This document shows, piece after piece, positions 20,101-29,564 of a stretch of DNA of 64,000 nt. Origin of the DNA: a virus (taxonomy: Duplodnaviria; Heunggongvirae; Uroviricota; Caudoviricetes); the IMG/VR virus record IMGVR_UViG_3300025413_000008, one strand, 5' to 3'. The notes below the pieces were generated by a model, which saw nothing but the letters and a program-made list of their open reading frames with translations, searched no databases and had not been told where the DNA came from. Position 1 is the first letter of the stretch. Every line of letters begins with the position of its first letter. Made by a program: the position numbers and the translations under genes.

Positions 20101-21772
20101 ACCTCACGTGAGAGGTTCTGCCGTGGATATTGCTGAGTACAATAATCCTGCTGCATTAAATGCGTTACATTCTGCGGGCTTATATCAAACAGTAAGAGGT
20201 GATCCCGTACACTTTGCTTTACAAGCAGCTAACGGTGGTTTGTTCTCTGGTCCAGACTCTGGTTATCCCGCACTATTACACGGCACAGAAATGATTGTTC
20301 CAGTAGACAATGCTCAGCATAGGGCAGGTAGCAAACTAGAAGAACTTAACAATTACACTAAATCGGAAACATTAAAGCAATTTAGTAAAGTTGCTGATCC
20401 TGACACGACAAGACAGATGAAAGATTTGATGAATAGGAATTCATCTGTTTCAGGTCAGGGCGGAACACAGATTTATGATCCAGCCGCAGATAGAAATCTA
20501 AGATTAGCTACTGATGATAACAATCTTCTTAAAGAAATACGAGACGGCATCAACAAAATGCACGGTATTACTAACAAAAATGCAACTGAAAAAGCATCTA
20601 AAAAAAGTAAATCTACAGGTAGCAAAAATAAATCTGGAAAAGGCTATTTTGAACGGCATCCAACGAGAGCAGGTCCTGCTGCATATCTAGGTACTAAATT
20701 GCTCAGCCCGTTTCTCAGTAAAATTTCCTCTGCTACTGGTAAAGTTTTTTCTGCTGCTAAATCTAAATTAGGTTCCCTGAGCGAAATGCTTTTTGGAAAA
20801 ACTATCAAGCCTATCCCGGCAGAAGGAAGAGTAATAGATGGTGTTCGTGTTGGTGGAGGATTTAGAGCAGAAGCAACTCCTAATAGTCCATTAGGCAAGG
20901 CATTATTACAAAAAGAAGCAGAAGAATCAAAAGGGCTTTTACCTAAATTAGCTGAAAGAATTAGTACATTAACAAAAACCTCATTTGCAAGATTATCTGG
21001 CGCGGGAGAAAGCGTAAGCTTAGCAGCAAGTAAAGCATTTGAACCCATAACCCGAATGGCTAGTAAAATAACAGGACCTGTCGGGAAGTTAGTAGCGAAA
21101 GCTGGCGGCGGACTTGCTGGCGGAATATCTGGTATTTTCTCGGGATACGAAGAATATTCTGCTGATAAAAAGAAAGGTAATTCAACTAAAACTTCACTCA
21201 AAAAAGCTGGCACAGTTGGAACAGGTGCGGCAGTGGGTGCAGGCATTGGTGAATTAGCAGGCGGGACACTTGGATCATTGATTGGACCTGTTGGCACCGT
21301 ACTTGGCGCTACTGCCGGTGGTGCAATAGGTAGTTGGCTAGGAGAAAAGGGCGGCAAACTACTCGCTGATTATATGGTAAAGGATGATGCTAAGAAAAAA
21401 GCTACAGTGCATCCAATAAAGCATCCAATAAAGCATGAAGAAAATTCTGAATATATTAGAGATTTCAAAATACAACGTCAGCCCAGACTTCAATTGGCTG
21501 TTGCAACGCCATCTTTTGATAATTCTATAAATTCATATAGCCCTGCCAATACGTCTAGTAAAATCGGTAGGGAACAAAATACTCCACATAATATTGAACA
21601 GCATCGTCCTCAGGAGTATGTACAAAATCAACAAAATAATGAAACTTCAAGACATTTTGAAAAACTTAATGGAACAATGGAATCACAGTCTGCTAAGATA
21701 GATTATCTACACCGAGCGCAACAGGAAACTAATAATCACTTAGCTGCAATATATCGTCATATACGTGAGTGA
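17171..21772 (+). CDS. Giant tail tape-measure/hub-like protein (1533 aa) with a lysozyme-like tail-lysozyme domain and an M15 (VanY/LAS) peptidase motif
   Basis: Coiled-coil N-terminus with hydrophobic and Gly-rich segments. FIGQGWTKNQAAGIVGNLQQESG...GMYGIAQW is phage tail-lysozyme-like. SPHVRGSAVDI matches the H-x-x-G-x-A-x-D zinc peptidase motif. Contains 21-bp x3 and poly-GGA repeats. Confidence 0.5.
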   Translation: MDIDPNLLEDFNEQLRQMTDLMGQNNSVMSSYLKSLNDLTSSTSDSTNATQKNTTANNNASQAAQDLANAEEYSARKIKEAQANLELSFRYASTGLLGFGSAALSGKEGLEKYSGSLTNAGVAASKIAENFGLLGTAVGLAIQALTKFGADALKLVDQTTNFRDELAKSTGVVTTSLENIDRFSREAKFSGERMAILQKATSGLGTSLTALGGSADQGATQFMKMASLGKDADETRKRFGMMGISQERLIDMQSKYIDLQGKSGSAYALQHMTMGQLQKQSLEYVENLARMSSLTGESADKLQSDRDSLASTQAVQLGRRREMLDLQEIGKTQGIKSQAYQDKLKEVNDHEKMLSSLSDRFGAKQAAALGEYMYQGISKNNASQVVGSPEVLTAIDRAKSGQLSPDQFDSAAVNARNAAENRFAYNPGVMYGDNPENLGFDLDTLKKSNIGLSDKNAEQTKKEYDDRVKLITDTNKNPMASGDEDLKRRERNLQSSYQEGLEKLIHLLGPLGLTGATLAATAALWGLSGAAVLGIGRGGLFGSIGNRLFGNMGVKAAGAAEGIGGAAEGIGGAAEGIGGAGLLASGAEMEAGGVAADATGVGAPVGIGMNILGAGMMLGGAGLMAYNWLTGSGDNSSAQPTTASTSDQETPQTPDITRDNDNQDSGGSVDQSAIDARMQNTSGGGLIAAFRRLNESINRLTQSVDTLSERYGQDKTEEEGGGGGGGAGGGTPAGNSANAAEAMKFFIGQGWTKNQAAGIVGNLQQESGANLDPNISNSIGMYGIAQWDTSRRKEFEKIYGKSIYGSSFEDQLKYVQYELTNGNRKAAGDRLKQASNVNDAASIVTRLYEGAAGQDDAKRIANAQALAQNTDTKQTNFGGLFGGLPGIGGGFGSEYNIDPANAAQYINFSGASGGLQNLNGLQPNVKAALIRAAQQYYQQTGRKLTLNSGARSLQDQQRLWDNRANNPNPVAPPNPNSPHVRGSAVDIAEYNNPAALNALHSAGLYQTVRGDPVHFALQAANGGLFSGPDSGYPALLHGTEMIVPVDNAQHRAGSKLEELNNYTKSETLKQFSKVADPDTTRQMKDLMNRNSSVSGQGGTQIYDPAADRNLRLATDDNNLLKEIRDGINKMHGITNKNATEKASKKSKSTGSKNKSGKGYFERHPTRAGPAAYLGTKLLSPFLSKISSATGKVFSAAKSKLGSLSEMLFGKTIKPIPAEGRVIDGVRVGGGFRAEATPNSPLGKALLQKEAEESKGLLPKLAERISTLTKTSFARLSGAGESVSLAASKAFEPITRMASKITGPVGKLVAKAGGGLAGGISGIFSGYEEYSADKKKGNSTKTSLKKAGTVGTGAAVGAGIGELAGGTLGSLIGPVGTVLGATAGGAIGSWLGEKGGKLLADYMVKDDAKKKATVHPIKHPIKHEENSEYIRDFKIQRQPRLQLAVATPSFDNSINSYSPANTSSKIGREQNTPHNIEQHRPQEYVQNQQNNETSRHFEKLNGTMESQSAKIDYLHRAQQETNNHLAAIYRHIRE

Positions 21773-21806
21773 TACTAAATAGTCTATAACTAAGAGAAAT
21801 AGGTTC

Positions 21807-23603
21807 ATGGCATATAAAAAGAAATTTGTAAATAAGAGCGGGGTTTCTTCGCCAATCTCTGGTGCAAACAGTAATGCAGGCGCTTGGAATGGCTCGCCCG
21901 GTCAAAACGGAATGCCAACTGGTGGCTGGAACAACGATGACTTTGGGTATAAGAACTACATGTCTAGGCTTCCAGAAGTCTACACAGGTCACCCAAATAG
22001 AGTTGAACGTTACAATCAGTATGAAATGATGGATGTTGATGCTGAAATCAACGCCTGTTTAGACATTCTTGCTGAATTTTCTACTCAGCGCAATGAACAT
22101 AACAAGACTCCATTTGAAATTGAATTTAAAGATGATCCAACTCCCCACGAAGTAGAATTGCTTACTAAACAGTTGCAACAGTGGTCAAAACTAAATGAAT
22201 TTGACGTTCGCATGTTCAAGGTATTCAGAAACGTGGTAAAGTATGGCGATCAGGTTTTCGTGCGTGACCCAGAAACATTTAAATTATTTTGGATTGACAT
22301 GGTTAAGGTTATCAAGGTCATTGTTAATGAATCCGAAGGTAAGAAACCAGAACAATATGTAATTAAAGACATCAATATCAATTTACAAAACCTCAGCGCG
22401 GCACAGAAGACTAATACTGACTTTGCTGCTAATCCCGCAACTGGTCTTGGTGGTTCTGGTGGAGGAACCAATACTCCATATACTGTTCCAGCAATGCCTT
22501 ACAATACCTCTGGATCAAGATTTACTCTTGGACAGTCTGAATCGGCAATTGATGCTAAGCACGTAGTTCACCTATCATTGACAGAAGGACTTGATCGTTT
22601 CTGGCCATTTGGGCAGTCTATTCTTGAAAACATCTTCAAGGTTTACAAGCAAAAAGAACTGCTTGAAGATGCAGTCCTTATCTATCGTGTTCAAAGAGCA
22701 CCAGAACGAAGAGTATTTAAAATTGACGTAGGTAATATGCCATCACACATGGCAATGGCATTTGTTGATCGCGTCAAGAATGAAATTCACCAAAGACGTA
22801 TTCCTTCTGTTTATGGTGGATCATCTGTAGTTGACGCAAGTTATAATCCACTCTCAATGAACGAAGATTATTTCTTTCCAGTTACAGCAGAAGGTCGCGG
22901 TTCAACTGTTGATATTCTTCCGGGTGGACAGAATCTTGGTGAAATTGATGACTTGAAATATTTTAATAATCGTCTTGCGCGTGGTCTCCGTGTTCCAAGC
23001 TCATATCTACCAACTGGACCCGATGATAATACTACTCCAATGAATGACGGGCGTGTTGGCACAGCGATGATTCAGGAATTTAGATTTAACCAATACTGTG
23101 AACGACTGCAAAATTATATTTGTTTGAAATTGGATGAAGAGTTTAAACTTTTCCTCCGTTGGAGAGGATTTAATATTGATCCCGGTTTATTTGGTATTAA
23201 ATTTAACGCACCACAAAATTTTGCGTCATATCGTCAATCAGAAATGGATAGTGCTCGCGTTTCAACTTTTGCAACAATGGAATCCTTTCCGTATATATCA
23301 AAACGCTTTGCTCTTGAAAGATTCTTAGGTCTTACCGAAGAAGAAATTAAGAAAAATGAAAAGATGTGGAATGAAGAAAATGCTGATGATATGCTTAATG
23401 AACCACAAGGTTCTGATTTGAGAAACATTGGTATATCTACTGGTGATTTCCAAGCAGATTCAGATACGGCAGATCAGATTGACCAAGCATCGCAACAAGG
23501 ACCAGAAAGTGAAATGGGAGTAGCTGGGCCAGTTGCGTCCGATGTTGGTGGTGCAGTTGCCGCAGGCGGCGGCGCAGCCGCTGGTCCATTGGGGAATAGT
23601 TAA
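21807..23603 (+). CDS. 20: Portal vertex protein gp20
   Basis: LLEDAVLIYRVQRAPERRVFKIDVGNMP and MNEDYFFPV match T4 gp20 [28 protein letters not shown] and MTEDYWL. Confidence 0.85.
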   Translation: MAYKKKFVNKSGVSSPISGANSNAGAWNGSPGQNGMPTGGWNNDDFGYKNYMSRLPEVYTGHPNRVERYNQYEMMDVDAEINACLDILAEFSTQRNEHNKTPFEIEFKDDPTPHEVELLTKQLQQWSKLNEFDVRMFKVFRNVVKYGDQVFVRDPETFKLFWIDMVKVIKVIVNESEGKKPEQYVIKDININLQNLSAAQKTNTDFAANPATGLGGSGGGTNTPYTVPAMPYNTSGSRFTLGQSESAIDAKHVVHLSLTEGLDRFWPFGQSILENIFKVYKQKELLEDAVLIYRVQRAPERRVFKIDVGNMPSHMAMAFVDRVKNEIHQRRIPSVYGGSSVVDASYNPLSMNEDYFFPVTAEGRGSTVDILPGGQNLGEIDDLKYFNNRLARGLRVPSSYLPTGPDDNTTPMNDGRVGTAMIQEFRFNQYCERLQNYICLKLDEEFKLFLRWRGFNIDPGLFGIKFNAPQNFASYRQSEMDSARVSTFATMESFPYISKRFALERFLGLTEEEIKKNEKMWNEENADDMLNEPQGSDLRNIGISTGDFQADSDTADQIDQASQQGPESEMGVAGPVASDVGGAVAAGGGAAAGPLGNS

Positions 23604-23621
23604 TCAGGGATAAATAGTTAT

Positions 23622-23864
23622 ATGAAACTAAATGAAATGTTTGCACCACCAATAAATGGTTTACAGGATGTCAACTCTGACAATAGCAGACCCGCGTGGA
23701 GAACATCCCGTAAAACTAAATTAACATTAACGCAAATACGTAAACTACGCCGTATGTTAGATTTAAGAAATTACGAGCGTAAAAAACACTTAGAAAAAGT
23801 GCGTAAACAATATGGTGCTAAGCCAGAAGTCGGAGCAAGTATGGCTCCTCCAGCAATTGCATAA
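23622..23864 (+). CDS. Small basic head-module protein (80 aa), possibly a prohead core component
   Basis: Position between portal and acidic prohead-core genes. A GATAAATAG motif lies upstream. Confidence 0.3.
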   Translation: MKLNEMFAPPINGLQDVNSDNSRPAWRTSRKTKLTLTQIRKLRRMLDLRNYERKKHLEKVRKQYGAKPEVGASMAPPAIA

Positions 23865-23957
23865 TCATAAAAATCAAAAAACACACACTTATTGAGTTGT
23901 TTTCTTGCATATGGGTTAAATATATTCACAAAGCCATTTGTATCAGGAGACAATTTA

Positions 23958-24803
23958 ATGGATATTAGAAAATACGAAAAGTTGATCAATTTAGTTATCA
24001 ACGAAGACCAAGCAGCAGCAGACGCACTTTTCCACGAAATCGTAGTTGAAAAATCACGCGAAATCTTTGAATCAATCATGGCTGACGAAGACATGATGGA
24101 CGAAGGTATGGGTGGACAAGTTGGCGATATGCTTGACGAAATTAATGCCGAAGAAGCAGGTGTCACCGAAGAAGAAGATATTGACTTTGATCAGGACATG
24201 GAAATGGACGACATGGACGACATGGACGGCATTGATATGGATGATGAACACGAAGACGACATGGGACACATGGAACATGAAGAAATTGAAGATGCCGTAA
24301 TTCGCATTGAAGACAAACTTGACCAGTTGATGGCTGAATTTGAAGACATCATGGGCGGCGACAAAATGGACCACATGGATGATGAAGACGAAGATGCTGA
24401 CATGGGAGACGATGATCAGGACTTTGGTAACGACGAAGAAGAACCAATGATGGAAAACGTCAATCTTCATAAAGTTTCAGTAACTCACGGCGACAACGGT
24501 CAAAACACCAAGTCTACTGTAGCATTTAACTCAGGCCAATCAGGAATGGACAGTCGTCCAGTTAAGTTCTCTGGCGATGCAGAATCAGTCCCTACCAGCC
24601 CTAAGAAGCCAAGTGATTACTTGACCAAAGGCGAAGGAAATCTTCCGGGCGCAGGAAATTTCAAAAACGTACCGGGAAAGAATAATTTCAAAGAAAAGGG
24701 CGACACTGCACCTAAGCCAAAGCATGGTGATGATGGATCAAACTTCCGTAGTCCAGTAGCAGAATCACGTAATCGTGCTCCTACTCGTAGACCACAGCGT
24801 TAA
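23958..24803 (+). CDS. Highly acidic prohead core/scaffold protein (gp67/gp68-like)
   Basis: Asp/Glu/Met-rich DMDDMDG-type low complexity, as in T4 prohead core proteins. Located between the gp20 and gp21 homologs. Start chosen at the Met preceded by an AGGAGA RBS. Confidence 0.45.
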   Translation: MDIRKYEKLINLVINEDQAAADALFHEIVVEKSREIFESIMADEDMMDEGMGGQVGDMLDEINAEEAGVTEEEDIDFDQDMEMDDMDDMDGIDMDDEHEDDMGHMEHEEIEDAVIRIEDKLDQLMAEFEDIMGGDKMDHMDDEDEDADMGDDDQDFGNDEEEPMMENVNLHKVSVTHGDNGQNTKSTVAFNSGQSGMDSRPVKFSGDAESVPTSPKKPSDYLTKGEGNLPGAGNFKNVPGKNNFKEKGDTAPKPKHGDDGSNFRSPVAESRNRAPTRRPQR

Positions 24804-24946
24804 TAGGAATCTGAAAGCAGATGGCTTTGCTGTATCAGAGAAATGAGAAACAGACAACCGCTAAGTCGGGGCTGTTTACGAGTGAATGGGTCCGTATTAA
24901 TACGGACCCATATGCTCTATCTGATCAGAAATCAAAGGAAATTTAC

Positions 24947-25589
24947 AATGATTCCTAATAGAAAAATATTACAAGAATTCTTGTCACCGTTAGCATCAAA
25001 CACGATAATTGAATCGGTTGATACAGGTAACGGAAAAAATTTATACATGAAGGGTATATTCATTCAGGGAAACGTCAAGAACGCAAATGAAAGAATATAT
25101 CCAGTTGAAGAAATCAACAGAGCAGTCAGAACACTAAACGAACAAATAACCAATGGATATTCTGTTTTAGGTGAAGTTGACCATCCTGATGATCTTAAAA
25201 TTAACCTAGACCGCGTTAGTCACTGCATTACCACTATGGATATGGATGGACCAAACGGCGTAGGTAAATTAAAAATTCTCCCAACTCCAATGGGTGATCT
25301 TGTCAAGACAATGTTGGAGTCGGGTGTCAAGCTAGGTGTATCAAGTCGTGGTTCGGGTAACGTAAGCGACATGGATGGCCGCGTCAGTGATTTTGAAATA
25401 ATCACTGTAGATATTGTTGCACAACCAAGTGCTCCAAACGCATATCCCAAGGCAATTTATGAAGGACTTCTGAATATGAAGTACGGACATAAGGCACTTG
25501 AGATTGCCAAAGAAGCACAAGGCAACAAACAAGTACAGAGATACCTTGCTGAGGAAGTAAAACGCCTCATCAATGATCTTAAATTATAA
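24947..25589 (+). CDS. 21: Prohead core protease gp21
   Basis: Sits between portal/core genes and scaffold/capsid genes. LGEVDHPDD...RVSH contains His and Ser, consistent with the T4 prohead protease family. Confidence 0.55.
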
Positions 25590-25601
25590 AGGGGACTAAG
25601 C

Positions 25602-26708
25602 ATGCTAGATGCCATAAAGCCATTACTAGAAAGCGGTCTTATCAACGAAGACGTAGGCAGAGAATTAAACGAAGCCTGGGAATCTAAGTTGAATGAAGCC
25701 CGTAATCAAGTTCGTGCAGAACTTCATGAAGAATTTGCACAACGCTATGAACACGATAGAATGGTTATGGTAGAATCCCTTGATAAGATGATTACCGCTC
25801 ATCTCGCAGATGAAATTTCAGAATTCGCATCTGAGAGAGCAGCAATGAATGAAGACAGAGTAAAAAATCAAATTAAACTGCGTGAAAGTGCAACTAAGTT
25901 CAATGATTTCATGGTTACTAAATTAGCCGAAGAAATTCGTGAACTTCGTTCAGATCGTAAAGTTCAGATGGAAAATCAGAAGAAGTTGGAACAATTTATT
26001 GTTCATGCTTTGGCTCGTGAAATCAAAGAATTTGCTATTGATAGAGAAGCAGTTGTTGAAGCAAAAGTCAAGCTCGTTGCTGAAGGTCGCCAACAAATTG
26101 AAGCACTTAAGGACAAATTCGTTACTGAAAGTGCCAAGAAAGTCAGCACCATGGTTGGAAATCACCTCAAGGGTGAACTATCACAACTAAAAGAAGACAT
26201 TAAAATCGCAAGAGAAAACAATTTCGGTCGCAAGATTTTCGAATCCTTCGCAAGTGAATTCTCAGTAACTTATCTAAATGATAAGGCTGAAACTCGCAAG
26301 GTAATGAATGCTCTTGTAGCAAAAGACCGTCAACTTGCAGAAGCCAAATCTCAGTTGCAGAAAGCAGCTAAGATCGTTGAAAGCAAGGAACGTGAAGTTC
26401 GCATTATTAAGGAATCAACTCAACGTGAGAAGACAATGGAAGACCTATTGTCAACTCTCAATGACGAAAAAGCCTCAGTAATGAGAAGTTTACTTGAAAG
26501 CGTTCAGACACCTAAATTGAAGAACGCATTCGACAAATATTTACCAGCGGTACTTAATACCGGTTCAACACAAAAGGCCCAAAAGACCTCATTGACTGAA
26601 TCCGTTATTGCAGAGGCAACTGGTAATAAAACTGTCCAGAAACCAATTGAGATTGATACATACGAAAAAGATAACGTAATCGATCTTAAGCGCCTGGCAG
26701 GGCTATAA
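25602..26708 (+). CDS. 22: Prohead scaffold protein gp22
   Basis: Charged, coiled-coil-rich, Glu/Lys/Ala-rich protein immediately upstream of the major capsid gene. Confidence 0.55.
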   Translation: MLDAIKPLLESGLINEDVGRELNEAWESKLNEARNQVRAELHEEFAQRYEHDRMVMVESLDKMITAHLADEISEFASERAAMNEDRVKNQIKLRESATKFNDFMVTKLAEEIRELRSDRKVQMENQKKLEQFIVHALAREIKEFAIDREAVVEAKVKLVAEGRQQIEALKDKFVTESAKKVSTMVGNHLKGELSQLKEDIKIARENNFGRKIFESFASEFSVTYLNDKAETRKVMNALVAKDRQLAEAKSQLQKAAKIVESKEREVRIIKESTQREKTMEDLLSTLNDEKASVMRSLLESVQTPKLKNAFDKYLPAVLNTGSTQKAQKTSLTESVIAEATGNKTVQKPIEIDTYEKDNVIDLKRLAGL

Positions 26709-26733
26709 TAAAGACATATTAGGAGATATAAAC

Positions 26734-27930
26734 ATGTCAAAAGTACTATTAGAAAGCCGTTGGGGCGAAACAAAAGATGCTCTGCTTGAAGGCTTAAAGG
26801 GCAATCGTCGCTCAACAATGGGTGTTATCCTTGAAAATACTAAAAAGCAGTTGCTTGCAGAATCTTCTGCTGGCACGACTACTGCTGGTAATATCGCAAC
26901 TCTAAACCGCGTTATTCTTCCAGTTATTCGCCGTGTTATGCCAACTGTTATTGCAAACGAACTCGTAGGCGTTCAGCCAATGACTGGTCCAGTTGGACAG
27001 ATTCACACTCTTCGTGTTCGTTACGCTCAGTCATTGACTGACAACTCAGCAGCACAGACTTCGGTCGTTGCTGGTGAAGAAGCACTTTCACCATTCAAGA
27101 TCGCGCAGGCATATTCCCGCGTACCAGCAGCAACTACAAGCACTAATTATTACACTGGTGCGGACACTGCTTCACTTGAAGGCGACGGTGGTAAGCAGAT
27201 CAGCGTACAAATCCTCAGACAGGCTGTTGAAGCCAAGTCACGTAAATTGCAAGCACGTTGGACTTTTGAAGCTGCTCAGGACGCTCAATCACAACACGGG
27301 ATTGACGTTGAAGCAGAAATCATGGCAGCACTTGCACAGGAAATTACTGCTGAAATCGATCAGGAAATCTTGCTTTCATTGGCAACTCTTGCATCAACTG
27401 AATACACCTTCAACCAAGCAACTGTTTCAGGTACTGCTACTTACGTTGGTGACGAACATGCTGCTCTTGCTGTTCTTATCAACCGCGTTGCAAACTTGAT
27501 CGCACAGCGCACTCGTCGCGGTGCAGGTAATTGGGCTGTTGTTTCACCAGCATCATTGACTGTTCTTCAATCAGCAACTACTTCTGCATTTGCACGTACA
27601 ACAGAAGGTACATTTGAAGCTCCAACTAACACCAAGTTCGTTGGTACTTTGAATGGTGCAATGCGCGTATTCGTTAACTCATATGCACCTGACACTCAGC
27701 CAGTATTGGTTGGTTATAAGGGTTCATCTGAAACTGACGCAGCAGCGTTCTATTGCCCATACATTCCGTTGATGTCATCTGGCGTTGTCCTTGATCCGTC
27801 AACTTTCGAACCAGTCGTAAGCTTTATGACGCGCTACGGATATATCGAGCTTACCAACACTGCCTCAAGTTTTGGGAATGCTGCGGATTACGTTGGAGAA
27901 ATTGCGGTCCAAAATTTGACGTTCCAATAA
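26734..27930 (+). CDS. 23: Major capsid protein gp23
   Basis: Classic gp23 motif ELVGVQPMTGPVG. Size and position after the scaffold gene. Confidence 0.85.
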   Translation: MSKVLLESRWGETKDALLEGLKGNRRSTMGVILENTKKQLLAESSAGTTTAGNIATLNRVILPVIRRVMPTVIANELVGVQPMTGPVGQIHTLRVRYAQSLTDNSAAQTSVVAGEEALSPFKIAQAYSRVPAATTSTNYYTGADTASLEGDGGKQISVQILRQAVEAKSRKLQARWTFEAAQDAQSQHGIDVEAEIMAALAQEITAEIDQEILLSLATLASTEYTFNQATVSGTATYVGDEHAALAVLINRVANLIAQRTRRGAGNWAVVSPASLTVLQSATTSAFARTTEGTFEAPTNTKFVGTLNGAMRVFVNSYAPDTQPVLVGYKGSSETDAAAFYCPYIPLMSSGVVLDPSTFEPVVSFMTRYGYIELTNTASSFGNAADYVGEIAVQNLTFQ

Positions 27931-27968
27931 GTTTAACACAACTTATTACGAAAGTAAAGCAAAAAAAT

Positions 27969-28007
27969 GGAAAAGGAGAGAAGAAATTCTCTCCTTTTCT
28001 TTTGTTT
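27969..28007 (+). terminator. Rho-independent terminator after gp23
   Basis: ggaaaaggagag-aagaaatt-ctctccttttc hairpin followed by ttttgttt. Confidence 0.6.
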
Positions 28008-28045
28008 ATAATTGACAAATGCTGCTGACTATGATAAATAAAAGT

Positions 28046-28846
28046 ATGAAACATTTTATTTACAAAACAACTCACAAAAACGGCAAATACTATATTGGCA
28101 GACATAGCACCGACAACATAGAAGATGGTTATGTTGGGTCAGGTAAATGGCCATTGTCCATTAAAGATAAATCATCACTGACTCGTGAAATATTGGAGTT
28201 TGTTGATGATTTTGACACGCTGGTTAAACGTGAAGGCGAATATCTCACAGAACATTATGGTAAACCCAATTGCATGAATAATAACATTGATCCCATTGGA
28301 TTTGATTCCGGTGATAATAATCCGATGCGAAATCCCGAGATAGCGGCAAAGATATCCGGAGATAATCACTGGCTAAAGCGAAATCCGGAAAGAAAAGAAG
28401 ATTTTAGGAACCAACAGCTTAATAGGGTTAAAGACGGGAGTCACAATTTTTTGGGAAACGATAATCCAAACAAAGATGGAAGAAACGCCAAATTGGCATA
28501 TGAACGTGGAACACACAATACCTTGACTAACAACCCATCAACCGTAAATGCTACTAATGGGACACACCATTGGCAAGATGGTAAAAGTCCAAACTACCAA
28601 GGAAAACTTAATAAAAGGTTAGTTGAAGAAGGTCGTCATAATTTCCTTGGTCCGGAGTTGAATCAGAAACGGATTGATGAAGGAAATCATAATCTTGTTG
28701 GATCAGACACGAATCTTAAAATGTTAGCCGAAGGTAAACATCCATCACAACAAAAGAAAACCTGTGAACATTGTGGAAAAACTGCGAGTGTTGGGATGTA
28801 TAAACGTTGGCACGGTGATAACTGTAAGAACAATAAGGACAAGTGA
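28046..28846 (+). mobile_element. GIY-YIG (Seg-like) homing endonuclease with NUMOD3-like repeats and a C-terminal CxxC..WHxDNC zinc motif
   Basis: MKHFIYKTTHKNGKYYIGRHS contains GIY and YIG. Repeated GDNNPMRNPE/GNDNPNKDGRN modules. C-terminal CEHCGK...WHGDNCK. TTGACA-N17-TAAATA lies upstream. Inserted immediately after gp23. Confidence 0.7.
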
Positions 28847-28999
28847 ATATGAATGAAGAAGAGCCAATCAACGAATATAAAAAGGAACCACAGATGCTCA
28901 CTAAAGAGTTCTGTGAAGAATTGGTGCGGAGAGGAAAAGAAAATATAGAAAAATCTACACAAGCACTTAAGGAACTATATCAAGAACTGGGAATTTCGG

Positions 29000-29296
29000 A
29001 TGAAGATCAATGAAATTACTGAAAAGAATATGGTTTGGAAAAATCTTATGGAGTTTGACTTTGACTTTGATACAGAATATAACAATGCAGAAAATTTCTC
29101 ACGAATAGTACTTAAGGTTAAACACCGAAACAAATATCAGATAGCACATGAGTTAATGGATCACTTCAATAGCCGCGCCAAAGATTTCATTGATGCTAAC
29201 CCATTTGATCCTACTGACCCAGATATCATTGCGCTACAAAATAAAGTGAGAAAGATGATTGCCAATTTGAATCAACTTGCTACGCAACTTATTTAA
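29000..29296 (+). CDS. Hypothetical protein (98 aa)
   Basis: ORF with N-terminus MKINEIT, shared with three downstream genes. Confidence 0.4.
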   Translation: MKINEITEKNMVWKNLMEFDFDFDTEYNNAENFSRIVLKVKHRNKYQIAHELMDHFNSRAKDFIDANPFDPTDPDIIALQNKVRKMIANLNQLATQLI

Positions 29297-29564
29297 AGGA
29301 AAAGATGAAATGAAAGACAATGAGTGTGTTGAAATCCTTGAAGACGGAACAGTATATTACTTTGATCTGGATGTATGCAACAGAGAAGCAGAAAAGGCAA
29401 TTGAAGAACTTCACATGAAAGAAGGAGTACTTCCAAACTTTGACTATACTTCATCAATTTTCACTCTCTTTATAAGTTCCATTCAAATCCTTAGTCAGTC
29501 TGGCTGGACAACGGATGAATTACTACAGGAAGTTCTGAACCATTCAGAAGCCGAAGATGAGTAA
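29277..29564 (+). CDS. Hypothetical acidic protein (95 aa)
   Basis: ORF in tight operon spacing. The start could be the internal Met at 29300. Confidence 0.35.
   Translation: MLRNLFKGKDEMKDNECVEILEDGTVYYFDLDVCNREAEKAIEELHMKEGVLPNFDYTSSIFTLFISSIQILSQSGWTTDELLQEVLNHSEAEDE

Noticed and set aside
20644-21357. 237-aa minus-strand Pro/Ala-rich ORF
   Set aside because: It lies entirely within the Gly/Ala-rich part of the tape-measure-like gene. It is an antisense artefact of low-complexity sequence.
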